This document shows, piece by piece, positions 20,247-29,444 of a DNA stretch of 64,000 bases (position 1 is its first letter; each line of letters begins with the position of its first letter). Location: assembly GCA_947164155.1 (NCBI GenBank), contig CAMUVS010000003.1, forward strand, positions 22,570 to 86,569, written 5' to 3'. A model generated the notes under the pieces. It did no database searches and had not been told where the DNA came from. It saw only the letters and a program-made list of their open reading frames with translations. The position numbers and the translations under genes were made by a program. This DNA is from an uncultured Bacillales bacterium (lineage in GTDB: Bacteria > Bacillota_I > Bacilli_A > RFN20 > CAG-826).

Positions 20247-20927
20247 TTAACGACCTTCAAATGTGAAGTGGATTGCTGGACCCATGGTCGTATGGATAAC
20301 AGCGTTTTTAATGTAGGTACCTTTGACTGAAGCTGGTCTAGCCTTTAATAAAGCGTCAACTAAGGCTTGTAAATTTTCTTCAATCTTCTTTGCATCAAAG
20401 CTGACTCTAGCAATAGACACATGCATGTTTGCTTCTTTGTCAACACGGTATTCCACTTTACCGGCTTTGATTTCTTTAATTGCTCTAGCGATATCTGGAT
20501 TGACGGTACCAGTCTTTGGATTTGGCATTAAGCCTTTAGGACCTAATACACGAGCAACTTTACCGATGACAGGCATCATGTTTGGTGTGGCAACGATAAC
20601 GTCGTAATCAAACCACCCACCGGCGATTTTATCGATCATTTCTTGTCCACCAACGAAGTCTGCACCAGCAGCTTTAGCGTCTTCAACTTTGTCAGTAATG
20701 GCTAAGACCTTTTTGGTTTTGCCGTTTCCGTGTGGAAGGATGAGAGTTCCTCTGACTTGTTGATCAGCTTGTTTTGGATCGACATTGAGTTTGAATGAAG
20801 CGTCGACTGTCGCATCAAATTTGACAGTAGAAGTTTCTTTGACGAGTTTCACTGCTTCTTCAACAGTGTATAACTTACTGGCATCCACTTTTGCTAAAGC
20901 GGCAACATATTTCTTACCCTTTTTCAT
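20247..20927 (-). CDS. rplA: 50S ribosomal protein L1
   Basis: Canonical L1 sequence. The start was set to MKKGKKY because the track's upstream ATG is part of the GGAGGA RBS (TAATGGAGGACACTATG). Confidence 0.95.
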   Translation of the reverse strand: MKKGKKYVAALAKVDASKLYTVEEAVKLVKETSTVKFDATVDASFKLNVDPKQADQQVRGTLILPHGNGKTKKVLAITDKVEDAKAAGADFVGGQEMIDKIAGGWFDYDVIVATPNMMPVIGKVARVLGPKGLMPNPKTGTVNPDIARAIKEIKAGKVEYRVDKEANMHVSIARVSFDAKKIEENLQALVDALLKARPASVKGTYIKNAVIHTTMGPAIHFTFEGR

Positions 20928-20938
20928 AGTGTCCTCCA

Positions 20939-21352
20939 TTAGTCGTCAACGACGATTCCCATATTACGAGCACTACCTTCGATGATTTTCATAGCCGCTT
21001 CAATGTCATTAGCGTTTAAATCAGGTAATTTGTACTCGGCAATCTCTTTGAGTTTGGCTCTTGAGATATGACCCACAACAGTTTTGCAACCAGTCGCAGA
21101 TCCTTTAGCAATTCCAGCAGCCTTTAATAATAATGGGGCAACTGGAGAAGTTTTGATGACAAAGTCACAGGACTTGTCTTCATAAGCAGTGATGATTACT
21201 GGAACGATTTCTCCACGTCTATCAGCAGTCTTGGCGTTAAAGTCTGTACAGAATTTCGCCATGTTAATGCCAGCAGAAGCGAGTTTTGGTCCTGGTTTAG
21301 CTTCGCCGCCAGGGAGTTCCATTTTCAACACTTTCGCGATTTTTTTACTCAC
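20939..21352 (-). CDS. rplK: 50S ribosomal protein L11
   Basis: (V->M)[30 protein letters not shown]... is a canonical L11 sequence. The GTG start at 21350-21352 is preceded by AAAAGGAGGAAAGTCAC. The 28 extra N-terminal residues in the track are non-homologous. Confidence 0.93.
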   Translation of the reverse strand: MSKKIAKVLKMELPGGEAKPGPKLASAGINMAKFCTDFNAKTADRRGEIVPVIITAYEDKSCDFVIKTSPVAPLLLKAAGIAKGSATGCKTVVGHISRAKLKEIAEYKLPDLNANDIEAAMKIIEGSARNMGIVVDD

Positions 21353-21470
21353 GTGACTTTCCTCCTTTTTTAGATTGTCCGTGCCGTGGTATGAGTGAAT
21401 CACCACTCTTCCACAGGCTTTGCGTGTGCGACACACTCTCTCATACGTGTGAGGGCAACATGCTTATATA
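21353..21470 (-). promoter_or_regulatory. GC-rich structured 5' leader of rplK-rplA (possible L1 autoregulatory site)
   Basis: Minus-strand RNA is ...GUUGCCCUCACACGUAUGAGAGAGUGUGUCGCACACGCAAAGCCUGUGGAAGAGUGGUGAUUCACUCAUACCACGGCACGGACAAUC..., the GC-richest non-coding stretch in the window, with obvious helices (CACACGUAUGAGAGAGUGUG; GUGGUGAUUCACUCAUACCAC). Confidence 0.35.
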
Positions 21471-21559
21471 TGCTATCAAAATAAAATATGCGCTTGCAAT
21501 CACTTTTTTCAATTTTTTTATTTTAAAATAACAGTGATAGGCACAAATAAGAAAAATAT

Positions 21560-21589
21560 TTTACAAGTAAAATATCTTTATGTTATAAT
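21560..21589 (+). promoter_or_regulatory. Candidate promoter of ktrB-ktrA with extended -10
   Basis: TTTACA (21560-21565), an 18-nt spacer ending in TGT, then TATAAT (21584-21589). Confidence 0.45.
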
Positions 21590-21653
21590 TTTTTCACAAT
21601 TAATAGCAAATTTGCTTTTAATTTTGCTAAGAGTATAATACAAGCAGATTAAT

Positions 21654-23039
21654 ATGAAGAGCGAAAGAAAGACCAAAGCTAAGCAAATATCTCCATATCT
21701 ATTAGTCATCCTCTCCTTTGTTGGAGTTATCCTTTTAGGCTCATTTTTATTGACCCTTCCATTCGCCCATAGAGACGGTAATTGGGGTAACTACATGGAT
21801 GCTTTATTTCACGCGACTAGTGCGACCTGTGTGACTGGACTATCAACATATAGTTTAGGAATAGAAGGAGAACTCACATTTTTTGGTCAAATTGTGATGT
21901 TAATCATGATCCAAATTGGTGGTCTTGGTTTTATCACAATCCTTACATTTTTTGTATCATTGATACAAAAGAAGATTCAATTTAAAGATCGATATATGCT
22001 CGCTCAAGCGGTTAACTCCACCTCTATTGCCGATGTCACTAAATTCGTTAGAAGAGTGATTGTGATTGTCGCTACCGCTGAGATACTTGGTTTTGCTTTA
22101 GGTCTACCTGTATTTTTAAATGTTCCAGGCTATTCAGTTCCTAAAGCTATTTGGGCTAGTATATTTACTTCTATTTCTGCTTTTAATAACGCAGGATTTG
22201 ATATCTTTGGAGGAACTAGTTTAATCCAAGGAATGGGTACAATTGTCGTCGATACCATGCCTCAATGGGCATATTATTATATGCAAGGCTATATCATGAT
22301 TTTAATCGTCATGGGTGGGTTATCATTCTTAACGATCATCGAATTAACATTCCAAAGAAAAAAGGCCAAACAATTATCTTCTTTTACTAGAATTACTTTA
22401 TTAATGACTGGTTCTTTAATTATCTTTGGATTTGGCATATTGATGTTAACGGACGGCATTTCTGGAAACATTACCCCATATCAAGCATTATTTCAAAGTG
22501 TCACTACTAGAACCGCTGGATTTGCAAGTTTTGATCAATCAACATTATCCCCAGCAGGAAAGACAGTTAGCTGTGTTTTAATGTTCATCGGTGGTTCACC
22601 AATCAGTACCGCTGGTGGTATTAAAACCACCACTATCTTCGTTTTAATCCTTTGCTTTATTAGATTCTTACAAGGTAGAAAAATTTCTGCATTCAAAAGA
22701 GAATTTACTAATTCATCAATTATTAAAACAATGACTTTAGTGTTCTTATCAGTTGTCGTTTTATTAGTCGGTTTCATTTGTATTGCCTCATTTGAAAGAG
22801 GAAATGCCGCCGCGACAACAGACGCAGTATTATATGAAACATTTTCGGCCTTTGGTACAGTTGGTTTAAGTGAAAACTTAACCACTACGTTATCTTTAGG
22901 CAGTAAGATTGTTATTTGCTTATTAATGTTCTTTGGAAGACTTGGTCCAATCACTTTATTCCAAATCTTCCAGACAAATATCGATAATGAGAAAAACACT
23001 CACTATCGCGAAATTCCAACAGATGTTATCATAGGTTAG
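21654..23039 (+). CDS. ktrB: TrkH/KtrB-family potassium uptake membrane subunit
   Basis: 461 aa, polytopic, with four pore-loop glycine motifs (IGGLGF, NNAGFD, TRTAGF, GTVGLS). Confidence 0.88.
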   Translation: MKSERKTKAKQISPYLLVILSFVGVILLGSFLLTLPFAHRDGNWGNYMDALFHATSATCVTGLSTYSLGIEGELTFFGQIVMLIMIQIGGLGFITILTFFVSLIQKKIQFKDRYMLAQAVNSTSIADVTKFVRRVIVIVATAEILGFALGLPVFLNVPGYSVPKAIWASIFTSISAFNNAGFDIFGGTSLIQGMGTIVVDTMPQWAYYYMQGYIMILIVMGGLSFLTIIELTFQRKKAKQLSSFTRITLLMTGSLIIFGFGILMLTDGISGNITPYQALFQSVTTRTAGFASFDQSTLSPAGKTVSCVLMFIGGSPISTAGGIKTTTIFVLILCFIRFLQGRKISAFKREFTNSSIIKTMTLVFLSVVVLLVGFICIASFERGNAAATTDAVLYETFSAFGTVGLSENLTTTLSLGSKIVICLLMFFGRLGPITLFQIFQTNIDNEKNTHYREIPTDVIIG

Positions 23040-23051
23040 GAGGAAATCTCT

Positions 23052-23729
23052 ATGGCACACAAATCATTTGCAGTTATCGGATTAGGACAATTTGGCCGAT
23101 CAATCGTTAAAGAACTTTCTGATAATGGTATGGACGTTATCGCTATTGATAATAACGAACAAACAGCTAAAGAAGTCGCGGTGGATTTACCAACCACATT
23201 TATCGCCGATAGTACTGATGAAAAAGCCTTAAAAGAATTAGGCATTGGAGACGTTGATGCTGCTATTGTCGCTTTTGGCGATAATCAAGAAGCTAGTGTT
23301 TTAACTACTGTTATTTTAAGAGAATTAGGAGTTAAAAACATTATCGTTCGTGTTGATGACGACTATTACGTACCAATTATGAAAAAATTAGGAGCGACTG
23401 AAGTTATCACTCCTCAAAAAGCCGCTGGTAGCGCATTAGCAAACCGTATTGGCAATGAAGACTTCCAAGAATATTACAAATTAGACAATAAATACTCAGT
23501 TGTATCTATTATTATTAATCCAGGCTTCTTCCCTCAAACATTAAAGGATATGAATCCTAAAAATGTGTATGGAGTTAACGTTGTCTTGATTAGAAGAGCG
23601 AATAAATCATTTGTTCCTGGCGGTAATGACTCTTTACTTCCTGATGATATCGTTTACGTTGTTGGCACCACTAAAGAAATCTACGCCTTTAGAGAAGCCA
23701 TTAACGGTAATAAAGCCAAAAAGAAATAA
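23052..23729 (+). CDS. ktrA: KtrA/TrkA-family potassium uptake regulatory (RCK) subunit
   Basis: FAVIGLGQFGRSIV Rossmann motif followed by an RCK_C-like C-terminus. GGAGGAAATCTCT lies before the ATG. Confidence 0.88.
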   Translation: MAHKSFAVIGLGQFGRSIVKELSDNGMDVIAIDNNEQTAKEVAVDLPTTFIADSTDEKALKELGIGDVDAAIVAFGDNQEASVLTTVILRELGVKNIIVRVDDDYYVPIMKKLGATEVITPQKAAGSALANRIGNEDFQEYYKLDNKYSVVSIIINPGFFPQTLKDMNPKNVYGVNVVLIRRANKSFVPGGNDSLLPDDIVYVVGTTKEIYAFREAINGNKAKKK

Positions 23730-23750
23730 ATATCGTTATTCTATAAGAAT

Positions 23751-23778
23751 AAAGCAACTCACTTGAGTTGCTTTTTTT
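23751..23778. terminator. Bidirectional terminator shared by convergent ktrA and hipA
   Basis: AGCAACTC-actt-GAGTTGCT is a perfect 8-bp stem, with T7 on the plus strand and a U-rich tract on the minus strand. Confidence 0.7.
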
Positions 23779-24979
23779 ATTCTATGACGAAATGTTTTTT
23801 AAGCATTTCTATCTCATTATTTTTTAAAGAATATTTATGACAATAATTATCAAAATTTTCCTTTATAACCGAAACTGTTTTACTGACAATCTCTTGCGCT
23901 TCAAGTTCTGATAAGCGGAACTTTTTATATAATTTAGCGACTTCTTTTAAGGGCAAAGAAGTATGCGTTTCATCAATTTTTAAAACGTGGTTTTTGTTAT
24001 GGACCCCAATTGTTAAATCAAAAGCAGGAGATAAAGTCCAACCATTTTTATTAAAAATAAAACCATGGTTCCTTAAGTGGTCGTCAGTATTATTGATTGC
24101 CACATTAAACACTATACGTTTAAAAAGCTCTTTTAGATTAGCGTTAACGTTTTGGCATCGAGATATGATTAAACTTGCAATATCTAAATAAGAATAAATA
24201 TCGTCTCCTTTAATAGCTCCTAGTAAACATAAAGCGCTAGCATAATGTATACGTTTATTAAAATTTCTATCAAATCTTTTACTTAAATAAGTAGAACCAT
24301 ATTTGGATAATTTCATTAGTTTGGCTTCTGGAACATTTATGTTACATAGCTTGGCTAAATCGTGTACCACCATTTCCATTGCTCCCACATCAAAATCATC
24401 ATTCTTATTAGGGAATTTAGCGATGTAGACGACCTTATCATTATCAAAAACATTACACTTAGGTCTAGCCCCACCTAAAGAAGATCCAGGAGAAAATAAT
24501 AAATCTAATTCTTCATCAGATAATTCATCGTCTACCTTAATAGCGGCTTGTTCTAGTTTATTGATATATATAATTGGAGGAATATTAGTGTTTCTTTGTG
24601 AAAGATATTCGCCGTCTTCATTCATAATTCTAATCGCCCCGGTACGATATATATCACTTATTCCAGTAAGATAATCAATAACATTTACTATATTAACGTC
24701 TCTTTTATGTGCGTCTCTTAAGATAAGTTTTCTTCCCCATCTATCAGGAAGAGAATCTTCCAAAAAACTAAAAGTTTCTCTATTTTTAGCGGGGTATTGT
24801 CTACCACAAGAAAGCATTAAGTCAGGATCAAAAAACTTATTTATATTGTCTGATTTTAAAAAAGAATCAGAAAATTCAAAAGAGTGGATTTCTTTTCCAG
24901 ACTCAAAAGAAACATACAACGTTCCAATAACATTTGTATTGTCTTCTAAACAAATAATATATTTCTTTTCTTTAATCAT
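23777..24979 (-). CDS. hipA: HipA-family serine/threonine kinase toxin
   Basis: GSSLGGARPKC and NNTDDHLRNHGF motifs. 400 aa. ATGA overlap with the upstream HTH gene. Confidence 0.88.
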   Translation of the reverse strand: MIKEKKYIICLEDNTNVIGTLYVSFESGKEIHSFEFSDSFLKSDNINKFFDPDLMLSCGRQYPAKNRETFSFLEDSLPDRWGRKLILRDAHKRDVNIVNVIDYLTGISDIYRTGAIRIMNEDGEYLSQRNTNIPPIIYINKLEQAAIKVDDELSDEELDLLFSPGSSLGGARPKCNVFDNDKVVYIAKFPNKNDDFDVGAMEMVVHDLAKLCNINVPEAKLMKLSKYGSTYLSKRFDRNFNKRIHYASALCLLGAIKGDDIYSYLDIASLIISRCQNVNANLKELFKRIVFNVAINNTDDHLRNHGFIFNKNGWTLSPAFDLTIGVHNKNHVLKIDETHTSLPLKEVAKLYKKFRLSELEAQEIVSKTVSVIKENFDNYCHKYSLKNNEIEMLKKHFVIE

Positions 24980-25287
24980 ACTTTTCGAGCTCGTTGCTTT
25001 CTTTTAAGGCCTAAATCTTGTAATGTCCTACCTAATACATCATCTTTAGCAATTAATAATAAGTCATCTTCTAAACCGCCTAAAGCCTGTAGCACCATAG
25101 CATAGCTACCTATTGAAACGCTTGGCGATCCTTTTTCTATTTGCCATAAAGTCATTCTGGAAATATCGGCTCTTTCACAAACTAAGCTTGTTGGCATATT
25201 ACGTCTTAATCTCGCTAATTTGATTTGATTGCCCATTTGTTTTAATACCCTTTCGGTAACTATAGACATTGCTGGTACATGCTTCAT
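24976..25287 (-). CDS. hipB: HipB-like XRE-family HTH antitoxin
   Basis: The segment NQIKLARLRRNMPTSLVCERADISRMTLWQIEKG is an XRE-type HTH. The gene sits immediately upstream of hipA and is translationally coupled to it. Confidence 0.8.
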   Translation of the reverse strand: MKHVPAMSIVTERVLKQMGNQIKLARLRRNMPTSLVCERADISRMTLWQIEKGSPSVSIGSYAMVLQALGGLEDDLLLIAKDDVLGRTLQDLGLKRKQRARKV

Positions 25288-25310
25288 TTAATTGTCCTCT
25301 AATGTTTTAT

Positions 25311-25339
25311 ATTTTAGCTTATTCATCATTTTGTGTCAA
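25311..25339 (-). promoter_or_regulatory. Candidate hipBA promoter
   Basis: Minus-strand reading is TTGACA (25339-25334) - 17 nt - TAAAAT (25316-25311), then AGAGGA before the hipB ATG. Confidence 0.5.
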
Positions 25340-25374
25340 TTTTATCAAACATTATAAGTAGATATTTTCAAGCA

Positions 25375-25402
25375 ATAAAAAATCCCCGCGTAACACGGGG
25401 AT
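25375..25402 (-). terminator. Rho-independent terminator after nusG
   Basis: Minus-strand RNA is AUCCCCG-uguuacg-CGGGGAU followed by UUUUUAUUGC. Confidence 0.7.
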
Positions 25403-25421
25403 AAATAATCAAAGACAACTA

Positions 25422-26048
25422 TTAGATTTTATCAATTTCAGAGAAATCGACTTCCACTCTAGTTGGTCGACCAAAGAAGACAGTTTCAAGTTCAACAGCA
25501 CCAGTTTCCTTATTAATAGAAATAATTCTACCTTCGGTGCCTTCAAGAGTGCCGTGGATAACTTTAACATAGTCGCCTTCCATGTATCTGTCATACATTG
25601 ATTCATCGACCATACCCATTCTCTTAAGAACTGGTTCAATTTGTTCTCTTGGAACTGGGAATGGTTTAGTACCTTTACCAGCAGATCCAACAAATCCTGT
25701 AACCCCCGGAGTGTTTCTAACAATATACCAAGCATAGTCAGTCATAATCATTTCTACGAAAACATAACCTGGGTATAAGTTCTTCATTCTGGTTTTACCT
25801 GTTGGTAAACCATCTTTCATCACTGGAACTTCTTGTTCCACGACAATGATTCTGAAGATTAAATCTTCTAAGCCCATTGACTCGACACGTTTTTGTAAGT
25901 TATAAGCGACTTTTCTTTCGTGGGTGGAGTATGTAGATACCACATACCAGGCTTTATCACCTAATTTTGCTTCTTTATTTGCTTGTTGAGCTTCATCACC
26001 AATATCAGTATTGGTATCAGAGAATGCTGTTTTATTATTGTCTACCAT
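25422..26048 (-). CDS. nusG: Transcription termination/antitermination factor NusG (with an acidic N-terminal extension)
   Basis: NGN domain (WYVVSTYSTHERKV...PGYVFVEM) and KOW domain (GDYVKVIHGTLEGTEGRI). The start was set to MVDNNK after TTGGAGGACAAAACA. Confidence 0.93.
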   Translation of the reverse strand: MVDNNKTAFSDTNTDIGDEAQQANKEAKLGDKAWYVVSTYSTHERKVAYNLQKRVESMGLEDLIFRIIVVEQEVPVMKDGLPTGKTRMKNLYPGYVFVEMIMTDYAWYIVRNTPGVTGFVGSAGKGTKPFPVPREQIEPVLKRMGMVDESMYDRYMEGDYVKVIHGTLEGTEGRIISINKETGAVELETVFFGRPTRVEVDFSEIDKI

Positions 26049-26063
26049 TGTTTTGTCCTCCAA

Positions 26064-26258
26064 TTAAATGCCTTTAAAAGCATCACTTAAGATGTCAATT
26101 AATTGCTTACCTGCTAAATCTTCTGCAAAAAGTAATAATCCAGTCACCGCAGCGATAATCACAACCACAATGATTGATGGAATTAACACTTCTCTTTTTG
26201 GCCATCTAACTCTTTTACCTTCTTTGACGACCCCTTTAAAATATTTTCCAAGTCCCAT
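26064..26258 (-). CDS. secE: Preprotein translocase subunit SecE
   Basis: 64 aa with KRVRWPKREV followed by a single TM helix. It sits between rpmG and nusG. Confidence 0.9.
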   Translation of the reverse strand: MGLGKYFKGVVKEGKRVRWPKREVLIPSIIVVVIIAAVTGLLLFAEDLAGKQLIDILSDAFKGI

Positions 26259-26270
26259 TATATGAGCCTC

Positions 26271-26417
26271 CTATTTACTAGCCTTATGAAGAGTCTGCTT
26301 ATTACAGTTTTTACAGAACTTCATTAATTCTAGTCTTTTGTTATTTTCTTTGTTCACTGTTGTAACATAGTTTCGAGCTAGACATTCGGAGCAAATCAAA
26401 ATCACTTTTTCTCTCAT
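26271..26417 (-). CDS. rpmG: 50S ribosomal protein L33
   Basis: Below the ORF-track cut-off. Hand translation gives [48 protein letters not shown] (CxxC...CxxC). GAGG lies before the ATG. Confidence 0.9.
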   Translation of the reverse strand: MREKVILICSECLARNYVTTVNKENNKRLELMKFCKNCNKQTLHKASK

Positions 26418-26450
26418 CTCTAACCTCGCTATGTGAATTACAGTAGCATT

Positions 26451-26479
26451 ACTATATCACTAGCAATTTTTGATGTAAA
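26451..26479 (-). promoter_or_regulatory. Candidate promoter of rpmG-secE-nusG
   Basis: Minus-strand reading is TTTACA (26479-26474) - 17 nt - TATAGT (26456-26451). Confidence 0.45.
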
Positions 26480-26537
26480 CAACAAAAAAGCACTTTTTTA
26501 GCGCTTTTATTAATAAAATATAGGATTTGAAGGTTAA

Positions 26538-27014
26538 TTACTTAATAACTTTTTGATTCTTCAAAATATATAAAATAGAAATAGCGGTCGCTCCCACTAG
26601 AGCCACTACTGTAGCAATAACAATAATTGAAGATTGATCTAGCTTTTGTTTTTCTTCTTTGACCTTATTATGGTTTGGATAATATTTATTAACTAATGTT
26701 CTAATAACTTGCCCAATTGTGTAGCCTTCTTCCACCCCATCTGCTTGAGCGTTAACATAGTCTTTTTCTTCTTGGCTGAGCCCCATATAGACAATATACA
26801 TTTCTTTAAATTCTTCTTTAGTGATATCACACACTGCAGGATGAGCTTCTCTAAAAGAGGCCCAATAATCTAAAAAAGGATGCTCGTCATTTAATCTAAT
26901 TGCATAAGAAATTGAGGGAGTTTTGACAAAATTTAACTCAGTTTTGATGTTATTTTTGCCAAAAGCACCAAACATCATAGGAACTAGAAATAAAGGTAGA
27001 AGAAACTTTTTCAT
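26538..27014 (-). CDS. Small exported protein with a Cys-containing helical module and C-terminal TM anchor (unknown function)
   Basis: Signal peptide MKKFLLPLFLVPMMFGAFG. The module ...YWASFREAHPAVCDITKEEFKEMYIVYMGLSQEEKDYV...IRTLVNKYY is followed by SSIIVIATVVALVGATAISILYIL-KNQKVIK. Confidence 0.55.
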   Translation of the reverse strand: MKKFLLPLFLVPMMFGAFGKNNIKTELNFVKTPSISYAIRLNDEHPFLDYWASFREAHPAVCDITKEEFKEMYIVYMGLSQEEKDYVNAQADGVEEGYTIGQVIRTLVNKYYPNHNKVKEEKQKLDQSSIIVIATVVALVGATAISILYILKNQKVIK

Positions 27015-27015
27015 A

Positions 27016-27786
27016 TTATCCTTTTTGTTTTATTAATTTATTAGATAAATACATTATATACGAAACTAGAAAAGTATTTAATGGAATATTAAAGAAGGCA
27101 ACAATAATTTGACTGACTAAAATAATTAAAAAAGTCGAACCTGAAAACGCCCACCATTTCATTAATACTCCAAAACCCACCATAATCGTTAACTCAATTA
27201 CAAAGCAAGCAAATCCAATAGAAAAAACGTTAATATTTATCTCGCGTTTTTTAAAAAATCTAGAGAGAAATATTTGAGTAAATAACGTAAGTCCAAGTAG
27301 GATAAGAGAGCCGACAGGAATTAAAATGCGGTAGACAAGCGCTAAATTAACATCATAATCTAAGGCAGAAAATAAAGTTAAGCCCACTAATAAAATAGTG
27401 AAAACCACTACCTCAATTGATAACAAAAGTTTTTCGTTTTTAATAGTTTGAAATAACTTATAAACAAAGAAACTCGCAAAACCTAATAAAGCATAAATAA
27501 AAGTGATTTGAAAAAATGGAGCACTACCAAACATTTTAGGATCAAAGATATAAAATCCCACAATATCACTAGCAGCGCCTACTAATAGACCAAACCAGGG
27601 ACCAAGTAAAATTGAAGAAAAGATAATTAAAGCAGGCCCACCAAAAGAGATGCGGACAAAAGGCAAAACGGGAATATAATTCACCGCAAAGATTTTTTGA
27701 AATAAAGCGATGAGAATAATAAAAATGCCCGCAAGAGCGATTTTTTGAGTCATTGAAAGATTATAGATTCTTTTAAATTTCACCAT
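27016..27786 (-). CDS. ECF-transporter S component-like membrane protein (folate-family-like)
   Basis: Polytopic. The segment RISFGGPALIIFSSILLGPWFGLLVGAASDIVGF resembles FolT-type S components. The gene overlaps the 3' end of folC. It is longer than typical S components. Confidence 0.5.
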   Translation of the reverse strand: MVKFKRIYNLSMTQKIALAGIFIILIALFQKIFAVNYIPVLPFVRISFGGPALIIFSSILLGPWFGLLVGAASDIVGFYIFDPKMFGSAPFFQITFIYALLGFASFFVYKLFQTIKNEKLLLSIEVVVFTILLVGLTLFSALDYDVNLALVYRILIPVGSLILLGLTLFTQIFLSRFFKKREININVFSIGFACFVIELTIMVGFGVLMKWWAFSGSTFLIILVSQIIVAFFNIPLNTFLVSYIMYLSNKLIKQKG

Positions 27787-28993
27787 TAGTTATCTCTTTT
27801 TTAACTAAGTTAGCAAAGGCTAAACTACCAGTAATTAAAATTACATCCTCTGGATAAGTTTCTTTAAGTGATTTAATTAATTTTTTATGGTCACTATGAA
27901 ATTTATAATCTTCTAGATAAAGGAAATAATCGCTTTCCTCTCTAGCGCGATTATGGGCAAATGTTGTTAATAATAATTCCCCTAATAAACTTATTTCGGG
28001 AAGCATAACGGTAATATTTTTATCTTTAAAAGAAGCAAATACGATATGAACTACTTTACCAGGGAATACTAATTCCATATCTTTTCTTAATTTAATAATC
28101 GCATCTGGATTATGAGCCCCATCAATAACAAATGTTGGCTTACCTTCAAAAATATTAAATCTACTATCTAGAGTTGGTTTATATAATCCCTCTTTAACTG
28201 CGTTAATATCAACAGGATAAGTTTCTTGTAGAATATTTACTGCTTCTAAAGCTAAACAAGCGTCAGAAACGCTAGAAAAAGACTTAGAAGGGATTTTAAC
28301 TTCGTTATAAGGACGATATTCAAAAGTATAGCCTTCATTAGTGAGATTTAAGCTATGATAATGATCGACTTTATAAATCTTGCTTTTAGTTTCTTTAGCT
28401 TTATTTACTAAAACATCTAAAGCATCTCCTTGAATTTCACCAATTAATAAAGGAACTTCGTTTTTAATAATTCCCGCCTTATGTAAAGCAATTTCACTAA
28501 TAGAAACACCCAAGAAATTTGTGTGTTCACTAGTGATATTAGTGATAATACTTAAAATTGGTTTAAAGATATTAGTCGCATCAATCTCTCCACCCATTCC
28601 GCATTCAATAATCGCGATATCAACTTTTTGATCGATAAAATATTTAAACGCCATAAAAGTGATAATTTCAAAGCTCGATAAATCATATTTATCAAAATAT
28701 TTTTTATATTCTTTAAAAGTATTTTCAACGTAACTAATAGAGACAAATTCATTATTTACTCTAATCATGTCTAACATAGATTCGTAACACGGGGAAATGA
28801 ATAGCCCCACTTTTTTTCCGCTGGCGATATAAATATTATTTATATAGTTACAGGTACTACCCTTCCCGTTCGTGCCACTAACGTGGATACTAGGAATATC
28901 ATATTTAAAGCCTATCTTACGTAAAAAAGCGTCAAAGTTATCTCTTTGATAATCATTACGGTTATAGCGATTAATTTCTTCTAAAACACTCAT
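27773..28993 (-). CDS. folC: Folylpolyglutamate synthase / dihydrofolate synthase
   Basis: Mur-ligase P-loop VSGTNGKGST and overall FolC-like layout, 406 aa. Confidence 0.85.
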   Translation of the reverse strand: MSVLEEINRYNRNDYQRDNFDAFLRKIGFKYDIPSIHVSGTNGKGSTCNYINNIYIASGKKVGLFISPCYESMLDMIRVNNEFVSISYVENTFKEYKKYFDKYDLSSFEIITFMAFKYFIDQKVDIAIIECGMGGEIDATNIFKPILSIITNITSEHTNFLGVSISEIALHKAGIIKNEVPLLIGEIQGDALDVLVNKAKETKSKIYKVDHYHSLNLTNEGYTFEYRPYNEVKIPSKSFSSVSDACLALEAVNILQETYPVDINAVKEGLYKPTLDSRFNIFEGKPTFVIDGAHNPDAIIKLRKDMELVFPGKVVHIVFASFKDKNITVMLPEISLLGELLLTTFAHNRAREESDYFLYLEDYKFHSDHKKLIKSLKETYPEDVILITGSLAFANLVKKEITNGEI

Positions 28994-28994
28994 T

Positions 28995-29444
28995 TTATAA
29001 ACCTTTATCTAATTCTCTTTGAATATCGCGTTTTTTAATTGTTTCACGCTTATCGTAATTATGCTTGCCTTTCGCTAGAGCAATCTCCACTTTTACTTTT
29101 CCTTTGGAAAAATAGATTCTAGTAGGAACTACAGTAAATCCTTCAGTTTTAATTTTTTGGGCCAGCCATCTAATTTGATGTTTATGTAAAAGGAGTTTTC
29201 TATTTCTTAAAGGGTCATGGTTAAATAGATTTCCATGATCATAAGGTTTAATATACATATTAATGATTTCTGCTTCTTCATTACGAATAACGACATAAGA
29301 ATCATTAATTGTCGCTCCAGTCACTCTTAAAGATTTTATTTCTGTGCCTTTAAGTTCAATTCCTGCTTCCATAAAGTCAGTTAAGAAATAATTGAAATGC
29401 GCTTTTTTATTACTAGCAATAATCTTAATCCCTACGCTTTTCAT
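28995..29444 (-). CDS. smpB: SsrA-binding protein
   Basis: NKKAHFNYFL...GIELKGTEIKSLR...LLLHKHQI is a canonical SmpB sequence. Confidence 0.95.
   Translation of the reverse strand: MKSVGIKIIASNKKAHFNYFLTDFMEAGIELKGTEIKSLRVTGATINDSYVVIRNEEAEIINMYIKPYDHGNLFNHDPLRNRKLLLHKHQIRWLAQKIKTEGFTVVPTRIYFSKGKVKVEIALAKGKHNYDKRETIKKRDIQRELDKGL

Noticed and set aside
20939-21436. N-terminal extensions in the ORF track (rplK, tuf, rplA, nusG, glgP, relB, mntA, and the lipoproteins at 51897 and 56051)
   Set aside because: In each case a downstream start is preceded by a strong AGGAGG-type RBS and yields the canonical N-terminus or a clean signal peptide. The extra residues are non-homologous or overlap the upstream gene.
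21437-21653. Possible c-di-AMP (ydaO/kimA-type) riboswitch upstream of ktrB
   Set aside because: The region is almost pure A/T, with no GC-rich paired elements or the conserved ACGGGGA/CCCG-type cores expected for that riboswitch. Only promoter-like hexamers are visible.
25409-25735. 108-aa ORF overlapping nusG in another frame
   Set aside because: It is entirely contained within the conserved nusG reading frame and its terminator region, and shows no independent signals.
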